The notes under the pieces are model-generated. The model searched no databases and had not been told where the DNA came from. It worked only from the letters and a program-made list of their open reading frames with translations. From the IMG/VR virus record IMGVR_UViG_3300045988_144812, positions 64,001-128,000 of that record: DNA of 64,000 bases. One strand, written 5' to 3'. Source of the DNA: a virus. Shown here one piece after another: positions 43,780 through 53,390 of this stretch (the first letter of the stretch is position 1; every line of letters begins with the position of its first letter). Position numbers and translations under genes: made by a program.

Positions 43780-44778
43780 ATGGAATTGTACAACCCTGAA
43801 ATCGAACTGTTGGGTGTAGAAATTGATATTACTGGTGCGTATTCAGAATTAGATAAATTACTGAAAACTGTTCTCGGACCAGTCATTAAGAATTTTGAAT
43901 TGGAATCTACAGATGATAAATATATCTGTAATATTGAAACAACAGATGGAAAGATTCTAATCTACGATCTGGATAAAGAAGGAACTAACTTATCTGAAGT
44001 TAATATATTGCACATAATCGCATTTAATTATTTCAAAGAAAAACGAATGACTGATAACAGTGCTCTTTGTCGATTAATTCAGAAACAATGTAAAGAATTG
44101 TTTGGTGATAAACATTCTGAAATGGTTTATCGAATTGAACATTTGACAGATAAAGTAGTTCTTTATCTGGCTGTATCTAATCTGAATGCTTACCCTAAAG
44201 AGAAAATCAAATCTAATATCCAAAACGATACTCAGTCATCTCCTAACTACACTCCTATCGCTAATCTCGTTGGATTAGGTCCTAGTGCTAAAGGATTGGT
44301 TTCTGCACTTAGTTGTGTTAATTGGAAAATCGAAGAGGAAGTACTCAGATTCGAAGCGATCAGTGTATCGAATTTTTATGTAAAATTTGATCCAGCATTT
44401 GGTAATTTTGGATTCATGATTAGACAGAATAGTGTTGAAGAAAGAAATGCTTTAAGTGAATTAGCTGAATTGCCATTATTCTATCCTAAGAATTCTTATT
44501 CTTACTTATTCGATAAAGAGAATCCAATTATCGGAGCCATAAACAATATTCCAGTTATTGAAACAAAAGACAGAACCATCTTTATTGACGGTTCTTGTGT
44601 TGTTAAGAGTATTGAAGATAGTCTCTTTACAAAATCTAAATTGATTTGTGGTTCTGTAGAAACTATTTTCCGTATTCCTCGTATTGATTTAGTTAATCTT
44701 ATCTCTATTGCTAAGCACAATGCTAAACAATATACTGTCAATTCAAGTAAATTCTCTTTAGAGAATTTTGATCATTAA
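43780..44778 (+). CDS. hypothetical protein
   Basis: RBS AAGGAAA; 332 aa. Confidence 0.7.
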   Translation: MELYNPEIELLGVEIDITGAYSELDKLLKTVLGPVIKNFELESTDDKYICNIETTDGKILIYDLDKEGTNLSEVNILHIIAFNYFKEKRMTDNSALCRLIQKQCKELFGDKHSEMVYRIEHLTDKVVLYLAVSNLNAYPKEKIKSNIQNDTQSSPNYTPIANLVGLGPSAKGLVSALSCVNWKIEEEVLRFEAISVSNFYVKFDPAFGNFGFMIRQNSVEERNALSELAELPLFYPKNSYSYLFDKENPIIGAINNIPVIETKDRTIFIDGSCVVKSIEDSLFTKSKLICGSVETIFRIPRIDLVNLISIAKHNAKQYTVNSSKFSLENFDH

Positions 44779-44791
44779 ACTTTAATAAACT

Positions 44792-44822
44792 AATACTAGA
44801 GGGGCAATCCCTCTAGTATTAG
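44792..44822 (+). terminator. hairpin terminator
   Basis: AATACTAGAGGG/CCCTCTAGTATT. Confidence 0.6.
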
Positions 44823-44843
44823 TAAAAGATAAGGATATTAAAA

Positions 44844-45047
44844 ATGAAAATGCTGGCTAAACGTATTAAATTCCATAAGAGAAAATATCGTTTCGTTAGA
44901 TTTAGTAGCGGTGAATATCTTGTAGGTAAGCTTAAACGATATAAGAATCGTAAGAAGAAACAAAAATTAGACATTTATCTTCGACACATGGAGATTAAAA
45001 TGATAAAATTTATAGAGGAAAATAAAGACGATTTATTTTCTAACTAA
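44844..45047 (+). CDS. small basic protein
   Basis: RBS AAGGA; 67 aa; Lys/Arg-rich. Confidence 0.55.
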   Translation: MKMLAKRIKFHKRKYRFVRFSSGEYLVGKLKRYKNRKKKQKLDIYLRHMEIKMIKFIEENKDDLFSN

Positions 45048-45078
45048 ATTTAAAACTAACTTTATAAAGGAATTGTGA

Positions 45079-45486
45079 ATGAGTCCATCTAATGTCGATT
45101 CAGAAATGGATCAAAAGTTCTACGATGAATTAACAAAAAGTATTGAGTCTTTCTTAAAGATGAATGATTCCAAATGGAATAAACAATACTTTGTTTACCG
45201 AGAATACGAAGGTGATAAAGAAACAAACTTAACAAAACTCATGACTTACAGCATTGATGTATATGCTGATCGAGAAACATGGATCAATTTTTATAACTTA
45301 ATGTCATTTTGGTTTGCTGGCTTAAGTGTTAGTAAAAAGAAAGATCATTACTTTAATCAATGTGTAATCAGTAATGCATACTCTAGAATAGATCGAACAG
45401 TCGTTTATTTAGGTTATGTAGACGAAATTGGCATCACCTATAAATACAACATGGCCATTCACCACAATGAAAGAAAGGAAGATTAA
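45079..45486 (+). CDS. hypothetical protein
   Basis: Leader CTTTATAAAGGA; 135 aa. Confidence 0.7.
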   Translation: MSPSNVDSEMDQKFYDELTKSIESFLKMNDSKWNKQYFVYREYEGDKETNLTKLMTYSIDVYADRETWINFYNLMSFWFAGLSVSKKKDHYFNQCVISNAYSRIDRTVVYLGYVDEIGITYKYNMAIHHNERKED

Positions 45487-45488
45487 AA

Positions 45489-45701
45489 ATGAAGACGATC
45501 CAAAAGAAAAGAAAGAAAGCAGTTAATAGAAAATATACAGCTCCTAAATCATTATCAGGAATGGATAATCCTCTTGGTGAAACATATGGAAAACCATTTG
45601 ATGGTAGCTTTAATCAGAAACCTACCAAGCATGAAATTGAAGAGGCATTCGATGATCTTGGTATAGCTCTTGCAAAAAGGTTTAGAATTCCTTTAGATTA
45701 A
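45489..45701 (+). CDS. hypothetical protein
   Basis: 70 aa; coupled to the previous gene. Confidence 0.6.
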   Translation: MKTIQKKRKKAVNRKYTAPKSLSGMDNPLGETYGKPFDGSFNQKPTKHEIEEAFDDLGIALAKRFRIPLD

Positions 45702-45720
45702 AATACATTAAAAATATAAT

Positions 45721-45763
45721 CCCCTACTCCTGATAACACAGGAGTAGGAGATATTTTTTTTTT
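45721..45763. terminator. bidirectional terminator between convergent genes
   Basis: CTCCTACTCCTG/CAGGAGTAGGAG, with T10 on the + side and a T-rich tract on the - side. Confidence 0.75.
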
Positions 45764-45765
45764 AA

Positions 45766-47571
45766 TTAGATTTTACAAGCACCACCAGCACAACCATCAT
45801 CCAGACTATCTTGAGTATCATTAGATCCATCGTTTGTATGGTGATAGTACAATGTTTTAATACCATACTTATACGCAATCAACAATTCCTTCAATAGTTC
45901 TTTCATAGGTACTTTGCCATTAGGATAATTGATAGGATTATAACGAGTATTCGTAGAAATAGATTGATCTACAAATTTTTGCATAATCGCTACTAATTTT
46001 AACATTCCGATATTGTTACTGTCGTACCACAAGTATTCGTAACTAGAATCTAAATTCTTATAATCAGGAACGACTTGTTTTAAAATACCATCTTTAGAAG
46101 CTTTAATCGTAATAGGACCACGAGGTAAATCAATACCATTAGTGGCATTACTTACTTGACTACTGCTTTCAGAAGGCATTAGACTAGTCAGCGTAGCATT
46201 ACGTAAACCATATTGGACAATATCCTTACGCAAGCTTTCCCAATCTAATTTATATTCAAACGAAGCATATTCGTCGATAGACTTTTTATAAGTGTCTATT
46301 GGTAAAACGCCTTTAGAATATTTAGTGTTTTCAAACGCACCACACTTACCTTTTTCTTTGGCTAATTGTACTGATGATTTTAATGCATAGTACTGAATAG
46401 CCTCGAATAATTCATGAGTCATCTGATGACCACTGCTATTACTATACCGAGCACCATTCTTAGCTAAGTAATAAGCGTAGTTAATCACACCAATACCTAA
46501 TGGACGATACTTATCTACAGAATTACGAGCTGCTTTAACAGGATAGTTTTGATAGTCTAATACAGAATCAAGAGCACGTACAATTAAGTCCATAGACTCT
46601 TCAATCTCTTCAAGATTATCTTTATCCACTGTACCCAGATTCAAAGCACCTAGAGTGCACAAAGCAATTTCACCTTCTTCATCAGAAATATTGTTTAATG
46701 GCTTGATAGGTAAACCAATTTCCATGCAGTTACCAGTCATGATGTTGTTAAATACAACAGAGTTATTTTTTGGTTCAAATACACAGAATGTATCGTGTTT
46801 ACCATCTAACTTTGTAACTGATTTTACAATAGACTGGTCTACTTTAATAATACCTAATTGAGTCGATGGGGTATTCCATTTAGACAGTTTCACACCATGA
46901 ACTAATTCTTTAGTAGGTATACGAGTACCATCTTCAAGAATCCATTTATGTTCACTAGTACAATCTAAATAACGACCATCTACTAATTCTACACGATATA
47001 AATCTTGATCAGTATTTGTTTTAACAAACTCAATACCTTCAGACCATTCAAAACCATTCCAGATAGTGAATTTCTCACCAATATAATCGCCAATCTTAAC
47101 CATGCCTTTATCAGTTAATACTTCGGTATCTCCTGAAACACACAAGTTACTGGTATAAATAGTTGCTTCTTTTTCAATAAATGAAGAATGGGTATTCATG
47201 TGGTCAGTATTCATGATGTAAATACGACCAGTATTAGCACGCTCTGACATCAACAATGTAAACAATTCAGTAGCTTTAATAGTCTTCTTAGGAATAAGAG
47301 GATTTGCTTCAGCTTCTAAATAAAGTTTTTCAAATAACTCTTGGTCGTTAAAGTAAGCATCGTATAAACCCTCTACAGAATGAGGTGACAATAAAGTAAT
47401 GTCTTTATCTTCAATCAGACGCTGATACATTAATTTATTAATCTGCACACCGTAATCCAATTGGCGAATACGGTTGTCTTCTACACCACGGTTATTTTTT
47501 AATACCAGTAATGATTCTACTTCTAAATGCCAGATAGGGTAAAATAAAGTTGCAGCACCACCACGAATCCC
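45766..47571 (-). CDS. nrdA: ribonucleotide reductase large subunit, exon 2 (contains the mini-intein)
   Basis: GIRGGAATLFYPIWHLEVESLLVLKNNRG ... GACKI is colinear with E. coli NrdA, apart from a 138-aa insertion at SNL|C. Confidence 0.9.
   Translation of the reverse strand, partial: GIRGGAATLFYPIWHLEVESLLVLKNNRGVEDNRIRQLDYGVQINKLMYQRLIEDKDITLLSPHSVEGLYDAYFNDQELFEKLYLEAEANPLIPKKTIKATELFTLLMSERANTGRIYIMNTDHMNTHSSFIEKEATIYTSNLCVSGDTEVLTDKGMVKIGDYIGEKFTIWNGFEWSEGIEFVKTNTDQDLYRVELVDGRYLDCTSEHKWILEDGTRIPTKELVHGVKLSKWNTPSTQLGIIKVDQSIVKSVTKLDGKHDTFCVFEPKNNSVVFNNIMTGNCMEIGLPIKPLNNISDEEGEIALCTLGALNLGTVDKDNLEEIEESMDLIVRALDSVLDYQNYPVKAARNSVDKYRPLGIGVINYAYYLAKNGARYSNSSGHQMTHELFEAIQYYALKSSVQLAKEKGKCGAFENTKYSKGVLPIDTYKKSIDEYASFEYKLDWESLRKDIVQYGLRNATLTSLMPSESSSQVSNATNGIDLPRGPITIKASKDGILKQVVPDYKNLDSSYEYLWYDSNNIGMLKLVAIMQKFVDQSISTNTRYNPINYPNGKVPMKELLKELLIAYKYGIKTLYYHHTNDGSNDTQDSLDDGCAGGACKI
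46729..47142 (-). mobile_element. mini-intein (138 aa, no endonuclease domain) at the catalytic Cys of NrdA
   Basis: Begins CVSGDTEVL, has TSEH (block B), and ends ...FNNIMTGN followed by C. Removing it restores SNLCMEIGLP (E. coli SNLCLEIALP). Confidence 0.8.
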
Positions 47572-47929
47572 CAAATACCTTCAATACGAGTCGTTAATTC
47601 GTATTCTACCAATTAAGATAGCTCTATGTCACCATAGACGTTGAGACTATATCTTCTTCTCCAGCATTACCTGGTAAGATTCCAAACATCAGGAAACTAC
47701 ATAGAGGATTACATTAATCCACTGTAGTAGTCGCTCTATTTCCCCAAACTCCGTTACAGAGACCTCACTTGAGTGGTACGTCTTTCGACTAGTCGTTGAA
47801 CCTTCCCTAGATGTATTTATATACAATTAGGTATTGGCTGCTGATTGTCTATACTTTAATATAGATTTCCCAGCAATTAAGAGCGATATTTTTAACTCTG
47901 TATTTCTACAGAGCTGGGCAGGATTGTTT
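47572..47929 (-). ncRNA. group I intron (no homing endonuclease ORF) in nrdA
   Basis: Joining 47930 to 47571 restores ...KSCSQG|GIRGGAAT. Exon 1 ends in U and the intron ends in G. A P1 pairing (GGGU with GCCC) is possible. Contains GNRA hairpins. Confidence 0.75.
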
Positions 47930-50080
47930 ACCCTGGGAACATGATTTAACTGCAGCTTGAAACATTTTCCAAAATGGAATAACGCCAGTATGGATAGCTT
48001 CACCTTTACGAATTTCACTACCTAATGCACGAATACGACCACCATTAATACCAATTCCAGCACGTTGAGAAATATACTTAACAATAGAGGAAGTAGCTGC
48101 ATTAATACTATCCAGACTATCGTCACAATCAATTACAGTGCAGTTATGTACTCCGATACTACCGGCAGTAAATGAATGTTCATTTTCTACTTCGATATCG
48201 TAAACCATCGGGTTAGTCTCATTAAGTAAATGAATGGCTAAGGTAACTTTAGAGAAACAATAACCATCTTTAAAGACGACATTATTTCTTATATACTTAG
48301 AATGTTCTTCAGATCCAGGAACTGTAACCATTACTGAACTTTCTAAATAATTCGCGTATCTTGCTTCATCATTACCTAAATATTCTTTTATAAGACTTAC
48401 ATTAGAACCGATTGAGAAGAATATTAAGTAACTTACCTCTCTAGTAATAACCTCAGAAATTGCTCCATTTGCTCTTACAACAGGGACTTGTTTACCAGGT
48501 TCTCTGAATGAGACACTGGGTTTTAATCCCAAACGTAGAGATATTTCAGTAAGTTGTTTAGATAGGAATTTATTACTTAGGCTTATAGTGATTCCTCTAC
48601 CGTCTAAAAAACCATCGGTTTCAATAACACCTAGCAACAAACTTAATTGTTTGTCGTGTTCCGAATTCATTACTTCTTTACTGATTTTCTTCTTATTGAA
48701 ACCAGTACCGAGATGATAAAGAATGAATTCTTTAAATACGTAGGAGTGTACTGATACTTTGCAACTATGGTCGTTGTCGTTATAGTTAACAGAACAATTT
48801 AAACCGAAGTTATCTTTTATAGTGTTAACTATAAATTCGATCTTATGCTTATCTTTAGCATTCATGGTAAACGCCACACAATGCACATTTTTATCACAAT
48901 GACCGTTTCCAATATACATACCCATTAATCTAAATATATCGTTATTTAAAACAATATCATTTTTAACAGGTTTTATCTTATCATCGTACTCACCCGACCT
49001 AACACGTACGTCTGATGTGGTTTTACGAATATAGCCATCATCACAAAGAGTATATCTTGGATTGTTTACATAATCGATCATTCTAATATTAGTGAATGGA
49101 ATGATTTCATTATTAAAAGGAATAGAAACATAATCACCTATTTTAATATCTTTAGCTTCCACCCATTTAGGCTCTGACTCACCTTTAGGCAAGGTCCAAA
49201 CAAGATGGTCTTCTGTAGACAAGAAATCATTTCGATGACTTAATGTCGATTTTAACTTGATGAAATTTTCACCAGTATATTGTCGGCATGTAAGTGTTTT
49301 TACAGGAGAGAACGACCCTTCCTTAGTTAAAACCATATCTCCAACATTTACATCTTCGATATATTTGTAACCTTCGCTAGTAAGTACTTGCTGGTCAGCA
49401 GGGAAACAACTACTAAACTGACGAGTAGGTGTACGTACACCTGCCATGATTGGAGTAGGCAATGAAATCTTAAACAATGACAAAGCATCGTAGAATTTCT
49501 TAATATATCCTAAACGAGTTTCTTTAGGGTAGTCAGCAAACAAACAAGTAGGAATTAAAACAAAAGCTACTTGAGGAGATTCGTACACTCGTTTAGTCAC
49601 TCGGTTTTGCACCAAGTATTTACTTTCCATTTGTTTAATACCGGCATAAGCGAAATTTAAATCTCGGGTATGGTCTACAAAGGACTCAATGGCATTAATT
49701 TCTTCCTCGGTGTATTTCTCTAAAATCTCTTTATCGTAAACACCTTTTTCAATCATTGACTGAATATGTTTATATAATCGAGTAGGTACGTATTCACCAT
49801 AAGCAATCTTACGAATATGGAACAGTGCTAAACGCGCAGCCATGTACTGATAATCGGGATATTCTGTAGAGATTAAATCAGCAGCAGATTTTACCAATGT
49901 TTCATGGATATCGGTAGTTGAGATACCATTATAGAATTGAATATGACTATTGATTTCTACTTGGGAACTAGAAACATCTAAACATTCAGCAGCCCATTCT
50001 ACTACACGGTGAATTTTAGCAATATCCAATGGTTCAAAATGGCCATCGCGTTTCTTTACTTTAATTTTTTGTTCAGTCAT
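47930..50080 (-). CDS. nrdA: ribonucleotide reductase large subunit, exon 1 (contains the LAGLIDADG intein)
   Basis: ATP-cone N-terminus, then PTPIMAGVRTPTRQFSS|C ... C|TVIDCDDSLDSINA...KSCSQG, colinear with E. coli NrdA. Confidence 0.9.
48143..49408 (-). mobile_element. intein (422 aa) with a LAGLIDADG-type endonuclease domain
   Basis: Begins CFPADQQVLT, has TEDH (block B), LMGMYIGNGH and LLLGVIETDGFLDG, and ends YDIEVENEHSFTAGSIGVHN followed by C. It sits at the position of E. coli Cys225. Confidence 0.85.
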
Positions 50081-50103
50081 TTTAGGAAAATCCTTTTGAG
50101 TAA

Positions 50104-50571
50104 TTAGTCTTTAATATTAAATGTTTGGATAAGAGTGGGGATGAGTCCTTTAGGATCATCTACAATACCGTTTCTAGAAACCAAATAACATTGATCACCA
50201 GAATGATAACGCCCAATATTAAATAAGAACCACTGAATAAGATTATCAGTAGTAATTAATTCAGGATAAAAAGTACTTGTTCTATCACCAGTGGAATAAC
50301 GAATAGTTTCTATTTTACAATATTCTTTTATAGAATTAGAATATAGTTTAATATATTTAGTGATATTATCTATTTTATTTTCTTTATCTTGTCCCTCGGC
50401 ATTTATCACGTTAGGGAAAATAATTTCAAAAGGACGCACTACAAGAAGAAACTTTATTACTTCTTCAGTAGTACATCCTGTTTCTGTTTTAAGAGATTCA
50501 ATCGCGTGTCTGACACAGTGTTTTAAACTAACGATTTTAACTTCGTCAGTAGAAATGGGTTCTTTTTTCAT
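50104..50571 (-). CDS. hypothetical protein
   Basis: 155 aa; immediately upstream of nrdA on the same strand. Confidence 0.65.
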   Translation of the reverse strand: MKKEPISTDEVKIVSLKHCVRHAIESLKTETGCTTEEVIKFLLVVRPFEIIFPNVINAEGQDKENKIDNITKYIKLYSNSIKEYCKIETIRYSTGDRTSTFYPELITTDNLIQWFLFNIGRYHSGDQCYLVSRNGIVDDPKGLIPTLIQTFNIKD

Positions 50572-50637
50572 CTAAATTTGTTCCTAAATTTGAGTGAGTC
50601 GGGTTTGGAAATTCATACACTTACCCTGTTTGATTTT

Positions 50638-50656
50638 TTATACTAATATGTGTAAT
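50638..50656 (+). promoter_or_regulatory. weaker variant of the promoter-like motif
   Basis: TTATACTAATATGTGTAAT (compare 12058-12077). Confidence 0.3.
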
Positions 50657-50732
50657 AAAAATATACAGACTGATAAATATATTGAATAATGACTTATTCA
50701 CTTTACTTACACGACTAATAAAGGAAATAAAA

Positions 50733-51185
50733 ATGGCAGTTAAAAAAGCCGATGTTGTAATGAATATCAAACATCTGTTAGAAGACCTGAAAGACGAAAT
50801 GGTGGCTTATTCTAGCTTACCAATGACTGACCTTAAACAACTTCAAAATGCTCTTCTGGAAGCTCGTGAAGCCATCCAGGATCGATATTATAAGAAGAAT
50901 GGTACTCGTGCCGAATCTCGTCTTCGTCCTATTGCATTCTATCGTAAGAATGAGGAAACAGTTACACGTATTGACAGCCATTCTATTATCCGTGATGGTG
51001 AACAATACAAATTATTCAACCATTTGTTAGATAAAGTAGAAACACCGAACATGTCTGGTAACTATCGCTTGAAAGATTCTACTGGTGGTGTAATTACACT
51101 GACACCTAAAACTCTAGAAGCTATTTACCATTACAACCATGTAATTGGTGATGGTAAACTTCCATTTTATAAAATGAAACGATAA
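50733..51185 (+). CDS. hypothetical protein
   Basis: Start moved to the ATG after AAAGGAAATAAAA (MAVKKADV). Confidence 0.7.
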   Translation: MAVKKADVVMNIKHLLEDLKDEMVAYSSLPMTDLKQLQNALLEAREAIQDRYYKKNGTRAESRLRPIAFYRKNEETVTRIDSHSIIRDGEQYKLFNHLLDKVETPNMSGNYRLKDSTGGVITLTPKTLEAIYHYNHVIGDGKLPFYKMKR

Positions 51186-51187
51186 CG

Positions 51188-51230
51188 TACTCTACTCTAC
51201 CTTAAAAAGGTAGAGTAGATTATTTTATTT
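51188..51230 (+). terminator. intrinsic terminator
   Basis: TACTCTACTCTACC/GGTAGAGTAGA followed by a T-rich tail. Confidence 0.7.
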
Positions 51231-51252
51231 TAAATACATATCATTAAAATGC
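51227..51252 (+). promoter_or_regulatory. promoter-like motif
   Basis: ATTTTAAATACATATCATTAAAATGC, after a terminator. Confidence 0.45.
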
Positions 51253-51287
51253 TAATCCAGCACAGTAAACTTTTAAAGGACTTTAAA

Positions 51288-51635
51288 ATGAACGCTATTG
51301 AATTAGAAATTCACAATATCAAAATTACAGAAATCAATAACAAAATTCGTCGTATGCTTCAAAACATGAAGTATAACCACGAGATTAACATCTACACTGA
51401 TAAAGATGAAAATCTTAATTCACTTTACCATGTAATTGACTTAAGAGGTCATCAGTACGATCCTGCAGGTGAATTGTTCGTAAGTGAGATTATTGATAAT
51501 CCTAGTGTATGGTCTTACTTAAGCGAAGATATCATGGGTAGTAATCGTAAAAGTAATGGTAATGATTCCTATCTTATCAATATCTTTTTGGATGGTAAAC
51601 TTTATACTTATAACTTTTTGTTGGAATGGGAATAA
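51288..51635 (+). CDS. hypothetical protein
   Basis: Start moved to the ATG after AAAGGAC (MNAIELEI). Confidence 0.65.
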   Translation: MNAIELEIHNIKITEINNKIRRMLQNMKYNHEINIYTDKDENLNSLYHVIDLRGHQYDPAGELFVSEIIDNPSVWSYLSEDIMGSNRKSNGNDSYLINIFLDGKLYTYNFLLEWE

Positions 51636-51704
51636 TCATGTATCCTACTGAATATGCTTGAAGTATGATATTTATTTTATAAAATAATTGAAAGGAATTA
51701 ATTA

Positions 51705-52178
51705 ATGCTGAAGTATATTGGTAAATTGTTTAAGAAATGGGGGAATAGACTAGATCCTGAAGAACGTAAAGTCATCGAGATTAAAACAGATAAGTTATTC
51801 TCTACTGTCTGTAAAGATTGCCAGCGAGTAATCGATGCGGAATCAGAAGAGGTTAAAGAAGATAAAGTTATCGAAACTCAAGATTCTGATGAGGAAGATG
51901 ACGATCATCGTACTTCCTATCCAGTTATTTATTTTAATCGTAAAGATGAATATCCTACAGAGTTTTCATTGTACGAGATCTTGGAAGATGATCATGGCGA
52001 AATTAGTGTAGTATTTGCCAGTGACAATTCTAAGAAAGCCAAGAAGACAAAATCAGGTAATTATTCATTAGTGACAACTGATGGACGAGTAGTAACTGTG
52101 CGTCGACACACTATTCTTAATATTGTGAAAACCCATAAAGAAACTGCGGGTCATCGTTACTACAGAAAACCTAATTAA
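51705..52178 (+). CDS. hypothetical protein
   Basis: RBS AAAGGAA; 157 aa; terminator at 52183-52223. Confidence 0.7.
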   Translation: MLKYIGKLFKKWGNRLDPEERKVIEIKTDKLFSTVCKDCQRVIDAESEEVKEDKVIETQDSDEEDDDHRTSYPVIYFNRKDEYPTEFSLYEILEDDHGEISVVFASDNSKKAKKTKSGNYSLVTTDGRVVTVRRHTILNIVKTHKETAGHRYYRKPN

Positions 52179-52182
52179 ATAG

Positions 52183-52223
52183 TACTCCTCTACCTAACAG
52201 GGTAGAGGAGTATTGTTTTTTTT
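52183..52223 (+). terminator. intrinsic terminator
   Basis: TACTCCTCTACC/GGTAGAGGAGTA followed by a T-run. Confidence 0.85.
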
Positions 52224-52228
52224 GTTTT

Positions 52229-52257
52229 ATTTTAAATCTATATTATTAAAATGAACC
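52229..52257 (+). promoter_or_regulatory. promoter-like motif
   Basis: ATTTTAAATCTATATTATTAAAATGAACC, after a terminator. Confidence 0.5.
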
Positions 52258-52306
52258 TCTTGAATTATTTCAAGATTTTATTCAAACTTTTATAAAGGAA
52301 TTGAAG

Positions 52307-52582
52307 ATGAAAAAGATTGTTAATGAAATCGTAGAATTGACTGTTGCGATTTTAGAAAACCAAGAAGACCTATACGGTAAAACTATTTATCAAATCGCTA
52401 ACTCGAACGATACATCTGATTTAGCTAAAATGATTAAGAAGTTGTATCTTAAGTTTAATAAGGTAAAAGACTATCTTGACGTTTCTGTATTTGTTCTGAT
52501 TAACCGTTTGATCAACCAAATGGACATCTCGGCATTTCCGTATGTAATAGCAGGGAAGGATTTATTTCTAAGATTTTCTTAA
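52307..52582 (+). CDS. hypothetical protein
   Basis: Promoter motif, leader TTTATAAAGGA and an ATG (the track start is a TTG two codons earlier). Confidence 0.65.
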   Translation: MKKIVNEIVELTVAILENQEDLYGKTIYQIANSNDTSDLAKMIKKLYLKFNKVKDYLDVSVFVLINRLINQMDISAFPYVIAGKDLFLRFS

Positions 52583-52611
52583 CAGATAAAGGATTTAAAG
52601 CAGAAGTGTCG

Positions 52612-52791
52612 ATGTGTCATTTTTCAATATTGAAAAACAGCCAAAACAACAAAGGTATTAACCCTGTTCTTCTTCCCTTCTATAGATCAGAAGAGAAGTT
52701 AGAGGGAAATGTTGATGAAAACTCTATTAAAACGATTAAAAGTTTAGTGGGTTTTTATATCATGGATAAATCTGAAGTGGAAGGATTGTGA
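52612..52791 (+). CDS. possible small protein
   Basis: 59 aa from the ATG; the RBS is poorly placed. Confidence 0.35.
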   Translation: MCHFSILKNSQNNKGINPVLLPFYRSEEKLEGNVDENSIKTIKSLVGFYIMDKSEVEGL

Positions 52792-52792
52792 A

Positions 52793-53314
52793 ATGAATAA
52801 AATTTTGAAACGTCGTGAAGTTGAATACAAACGTATTAAAAATATCAAACAACGTCAGAAATTCTTTATTGAATTAGGCCGAGTGAATAAAAGAACCATT
52901 AATGTTTCTTTTAAAGAACTTGATAGAGCAGCTTGCCATACCAACAAAGCCTGTAAAGTGATGAAGTCAATTAGTGAAGGTATTGGTGAAGTTATTGATA
53001 GCGCTGATAAATTCAATGATCGGTTTAGCAGAACGATCAAGGAATATGTTAAATTCGATAATGAATATTTCAATTTCTTAAGCGCGGGACATTCTTGTAC
53101 TTATAGGTCGTATCTTTCTGCAGCGCATTTTACTAGTGAAGATGTAGTAAAACAACTTCATGAAAAGCTTGAGCAATTAAGATATATTCGCAAAGAAATG
53201 AAGAAACATTACAATGAAGGTAATGTAGAAGAATTTCAGAACGCGTTAAAAAGAAAGAGTGCTCTCACGTTTGGTATAAACGCAATTAGTGGTGCTTATG
53301 GCACCGATAAGTAA
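52793..53314 (+). CDS. hypothetical protein
   Basis: 173 aa; ATG overlaps the previous stop (TGAAATG). Confidence 0.65.
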   Translation: MNKILKRREVEYKRIKNIKQRQKFFIELGRVNKRTINVSFKELDRAACHTNKACKVMKSISEGIGEVIDSADKFNDRFSRTIKEYVKFDNEYFNFLSAGHSCTYRSYLSAAHFTSEDVVKQLHEKLEQLRYIRKEMKKHYNEGNVEEFQNALKRKSALTFGINAISGAYGTDK

Positions 53315-53318
53315 GTGA

Positions 53319-53360
53319 TTAGAGACTCTAGGGAATATTCCCTAGAGTCTCTAATTATTA
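53319..53360 (+). terminator. hairpin terminator
   Basis: TTAGAGACTCTAGGG/CCCTAGAGTCTCTAA. Confidence 0.6.
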
Positions 53361-53390
53361 TTGAGTACTAATTTTTTAAGGAGATTTTTT

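Noticed and set aside
47827-48018. ORF 47827-48018 as an intron-encoded homing endonuclease
   Set aside because: It is only 63 aa, spans the exon-intron boundary, and has no LAGLIDADG, GIY-YIG or HNH motif.
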